Part shown: one piece after another, positions 61,997-64,000 of the stretch
How positions within the stretch are numbered: position 1 is the first letter of the stretch
How the letters are laid out: each line of letters begins with the position of its first letter
Assembly: GCA_038880555.1 (NCBI GenBank)
Contig: JAVZRN010000002.1
Location: 223,264 to 287,263 of the forward strand
Origin: Candidatus Bathyarchaeia archaeon
GTDB taxonomy: Archaea; Thermoproteota; Bathyarchaeia; Bathyarchaeales; Bathycorpusculaceae
Direction of reading: 5' to 3'
Length of the DNA: 64,000 bases
Notes under the pieces: model-generated
What the model was told of the DNA's origin: nothing
Database searches by the model: none
The model's input: only the letters and a program-made list of their open reading frames with translations
Program-made: the position numbers and the translations under genes

Positions 61997-62491
61997 TTGT
62001 TGGTTGTGGTTGCAGTCGCGGTTATTGGCGGCATGGTTTTAAATGCATACTCAGCCAATGCGTGTCAACCCGTTAATAGCGGAAAAATGCAGGGCTGGTT
62101 CAGCTGGAATGGCTTCGGCTTTGCAGGGTGGGCTAACGGCGACATAACTGCGGAAAAGCCCATAACGCCTCGAGGATGGATGCGTGGGCTAGGCTGCTTT
62201 AACTGTGAATTCATCGAAGTCAGCGAAGAATATAAAGAAAATGTGATTAACATAGTCAAAAACGACACCGACGTACAAAATCTTCTGAACGATGGATATA
62301 ATATTACAGGCGTCAAGCCAATAATCAAAACTGCTGTTGAAGGAGACGGCACAGTCGTGACAAAGGCTATAACCGCCATTGTAACGCTCGTGAAGGATAC
62401 AACTGGACGGGCAATGGTTTGGGTGGACTTGGAGCAAGGGAAAGTTACGAAAATAGCCATCCTAACATTGACAATAATTGAAAAGCCTTAA
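61997..62491 (+). CDS. Secreted/anchored hypothetical protein
   Basis: There is an N-terminal hydrophobic anchor. The frame is open from 61951 (..KIDKRKAVIALLVVV) behind GGAGGTGA but has no canonical start before TTG 61997. Confidence 0.45.
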   Translation: MLVVVAVAVIGGMVLNAYSANACQPVNSGKMQGWFSWNGFGFAGWANGDITAEKPITPRGWMRGLGCFNCEFIEVSEEYKENVINIVKNDTDVQNLLNDGYNITGVKPIIKTAVEGDGTVVTKAITAIVTLVKDTTGRAMVWVDLEQGKVTKIAILTLTIIEKP

Positions 62492-62552
62492 CGAGCATGG
62501 AAACAAGCCACATCCCTCCCTTTTTATTTCAAGCCAAACACCCTTGCACTAA

Positions 62553-62590
62553 AATTGGGGCGACATTTTGGTATAATTTTGGAAAATCCT
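62553..62590 (+). promoter_or_regulatory. Conserved 38-bp upstream element, copy B
   Basis: aattggggcgacattttggtataattttggaaaatcct. An ATG (62601) lies exactly 10 nt downstream, and the permease GTG is 48 nt downstream. Confidence 0.6.
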
Positions 62591-62637
62591 CATATTAGAG
62601 ATGACTTTCGCTTTACCAAAGGCCCATAGGCTGAACG

Positions 62638-64000
62638 GTGAAGGCTTTGGGTGCGCTGTCAAGGGCTTTGAAAAACATTTCAAGAAGAAAAGTTCGAGCG
62701 CTCCTGGTTGTTGTGGCTTTAGGATTCTCCATTGCAATTATGGTTTCTATACCGGCTGGAATTATTGCAAATCAAGAGTTGATGCAAAGGGCTGCTCAAA
62801 ACTTCGCCAACACAATCACTGCAATGCAGGAGGAGATCAACAAAACATCAACTCTTATTGAATGCAGCACCACTCCAAACAGGGGAATGCAAATGTTCAG
62901 GCCCGGCGGCTTTTTTGGCGGATTTAACCAAACATATGTAAATGAAACAGTAGTGGACGAAATATATTCTATCGACGGGGTGAAAGCTATAATCCCTATC
63001 CTTGAAACATCTTCAAACGAAACAATCCAAGAAAACATAAACACTCCTTTCGGAATCCGAACAATCTATCGACCAGCATACACGATAATAGGTGTGTATC
63101 TCAACGCGTCCCTGCTTGCCGAGTATTCAGTGTTACCAACGAACATTATTGCAGGAGAAAGTCTTTCTGAAGGTGACAGCGGCTACATCCTCATAAGTTC
63201 AAACTTAACCAGCTATTTTGGAGCTGGAGTCGGCGGTACCGTGGAGATAAACGGCGAACATTTCATAGTTAAAGGCATTTTTGAGTCAACAAGCCAAGCT
63301 AGAACTGTTTACTTGGAGCTTTCAGACGCTCAAAGAGTTACCGGCCTCTATGGGAAGATAAGCAGATTATATGTGTACGTGAGCGATGTTTCTCTTTCAA
63401 CTCAAGTGGCTGATGCGATTAAGGCGATGTATCCTGAACTTTATGTGACAAGCTATCAGGACCGTTTGGCAAACCTTCAGCGTATGCAAGAAATGTACAC
63501 GCAGACATTAAGCAATGCTGAGTCATCCATAGCCCAAGCACAGTCAACCGCAACTCAGCTAATCATAATTGCGGTTGCAGCCACAAGCCTAATCGTATTC
63601 TTTGTAATGCTTTACTCGGTTCGTGAAAGGGCAAGGGAAATAGGCATATTGAAGGCTCTAGGCTTCAGCAACTGGGACGTCATGAGCCAATTCATGATTG
63701 AAGGCATGCTGATAGGCGTAATAGGAGGAGTTGTTGGAGTCGTGATAGGAAGCATAGCTGCACCATTCATATCGTCATTACTACTTCCACAGCTAAACTT
63801 GTTCGGCTCACAGCGTTCTATACGTCCGTTCCAAACACAGTATCCAGGTGTTGTGGGAACACAAAGCTATAGCGTCGCTGTATTAAGTCCACGGCTAATT
63901 TTGTTGGCAATTTGTGTAGCCGCGATTTTAGGTATTCTGGGAAGCCTATATCCCGCATGGAGGGCTTCAAGAATATCGCCTGTGGAGGCGTTGAGGTATG
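62638..64000 (+). CDS. FtsX/MacB-type ABC transporter permease (3' end outside window)
   Basis: This ORF is not in the ORF track because it has no stop inside the window. My own translation from GTG 62638 gives MKALGALSRALKNISRRKVRALLVVVALGFSIAIMV..., a large extracytoplasmic domain, then ...RAREIGILKALGFSNWDVMSQFMIEGMLIG...GSLYPAWRASRISPVEALRY. Confidence 0.8.
   Translation, partial: MKALGALSRALKNISRRKVRALLVVVALGFSIAIMVSIPAGIIANQELMQRAAQNFANTITAMQEEINKTSTLIECSTTPNRGMQMFRPGGFFGGFNQTYVNETVVDEIYSIDGVKAIIPILETSSNETIQENINTPFGIRTIYRPAYTIIGVYLNASLLAEYSVLPTNIIAGESLSEGDSGYILISSNLTSYFGAGVGGTVEINGEHFIVKGIFESTSQARTVYLELSDAQRVTGLYGKISRLYVYVSDVSLSTQVADAIKAMYPELYVTSYQDRLANLQRMQEMYTQTLSNAESSIAQAQSTATQLIIIAVAATSLIVFFVMLYSVRERAREIGILKALGFSNWDVMSQFMIEGMLIGVIGGVVGVVIGSIAAPFISSLLLPQLNLFGSQRSIRPFQTQYPGVVGTQSYSVAVLSPRLILLAICVAAILGILGSLYPAWRASRISPVEALRY

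Noticed and set aside
1-64000. CRISPR arrays, rRNA genes, IS elements with terminal inverted repeats
   Set aside because: I saw no regularly spaced 25-40-bp repeats, no rRNA-like conserved stretches and no transposase ORFs. A systematic repeat search was not possible by hand, so short or degenerate arrays cannot be fully excluded.

Overview
This is a 64-kb chromosomal segment, most likely from an anaerobic archaeon. That assignment is an inference from gene content: a class III RNR operon, a group-4 [NiFe]-hydrogenase/complex-I-like operon, an FrhB-like protein, archaeal-type RelE/VapBC, TATA-like boxes about 25 nt upstream of starts, and GGAGG ribosome-binding sites.

Layout:
1. 1-10.9 kb, host genes: a partial TldD/PmbA paralog; an nrdR-nrdD-nrdG operon with two NrdR-box-like palindromes; a GNAT; a 1306-aa PAS/GAF histidine kinase with a receiver; and two small paralogs.
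2. 10.99-27.55 kb: a same-strand head-tail (HK97-type) provirus block. It encodes RHH regulators, prohead protease, a DUF2190-like protein, major capsid protein, portal candidate, connector proteins, tail tube, a tail chaperone with a T_TTT_TTA -1 frameshift site, a gp10-like protein, a short tape measure and a hub. It has no terminase or integrase of its own.
3. 27.5-32.3 kb, cargo: a DapA-family aldolase, an orphan RelE, VapBC, and an AT-rich three-gene operon (permuted N4/N6 methyltransferase, LAGLIDADG-fold protein lacking both catalytic acids, small PD-(D/E)XK nuclease).
4. 32.3-36.2 kb: a compositionally aberrant block (top strand A+C-rich, with a sharp skew flip near 32.7 kb). It carries a terminase large subunit translationally coupled to an ABC-ATPase-GNAT fusion.
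5. 36.1-42.1 kb: a nucleotidyltransferase, a TldD-PmbA pair, a polyprenol-kinase-like membrane protein, and a twice-frameshifted tyrosine-integrase relic.
6. 42.3-56.3 kb: an operon in complex-I gene order (A,B,CD,H,I,J,K / L,M,N) whose NuoD-like subunit keeps both [NiFe] cysteine pairs. It is interrupted by an in-frame NuoK-ClC fusion and an antisense ArsB/NhaD-type permease, and it ends with an FrhB-CBS protein.
7. 56.3-64 kb: a decayed ABC ATPase, a frameshifted ZIP transporter, secreted/membrane proteins, an ArsR regulator, and an FtsX permease that runs off the window.

I saw no rRNA, no convincing tRNA and no CRISPR array. The best novelty candidates are the methyltransferase/dead-LAGLIDADG/nuclease operon, the stand-alone terminase-ABC/GNAT block with its skew anomaly, and the NuoK-ClC fusion inside a [NiFe]-retaining complex-I-like operon. 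All family assignments come from motif reading by eye; no searches were run.
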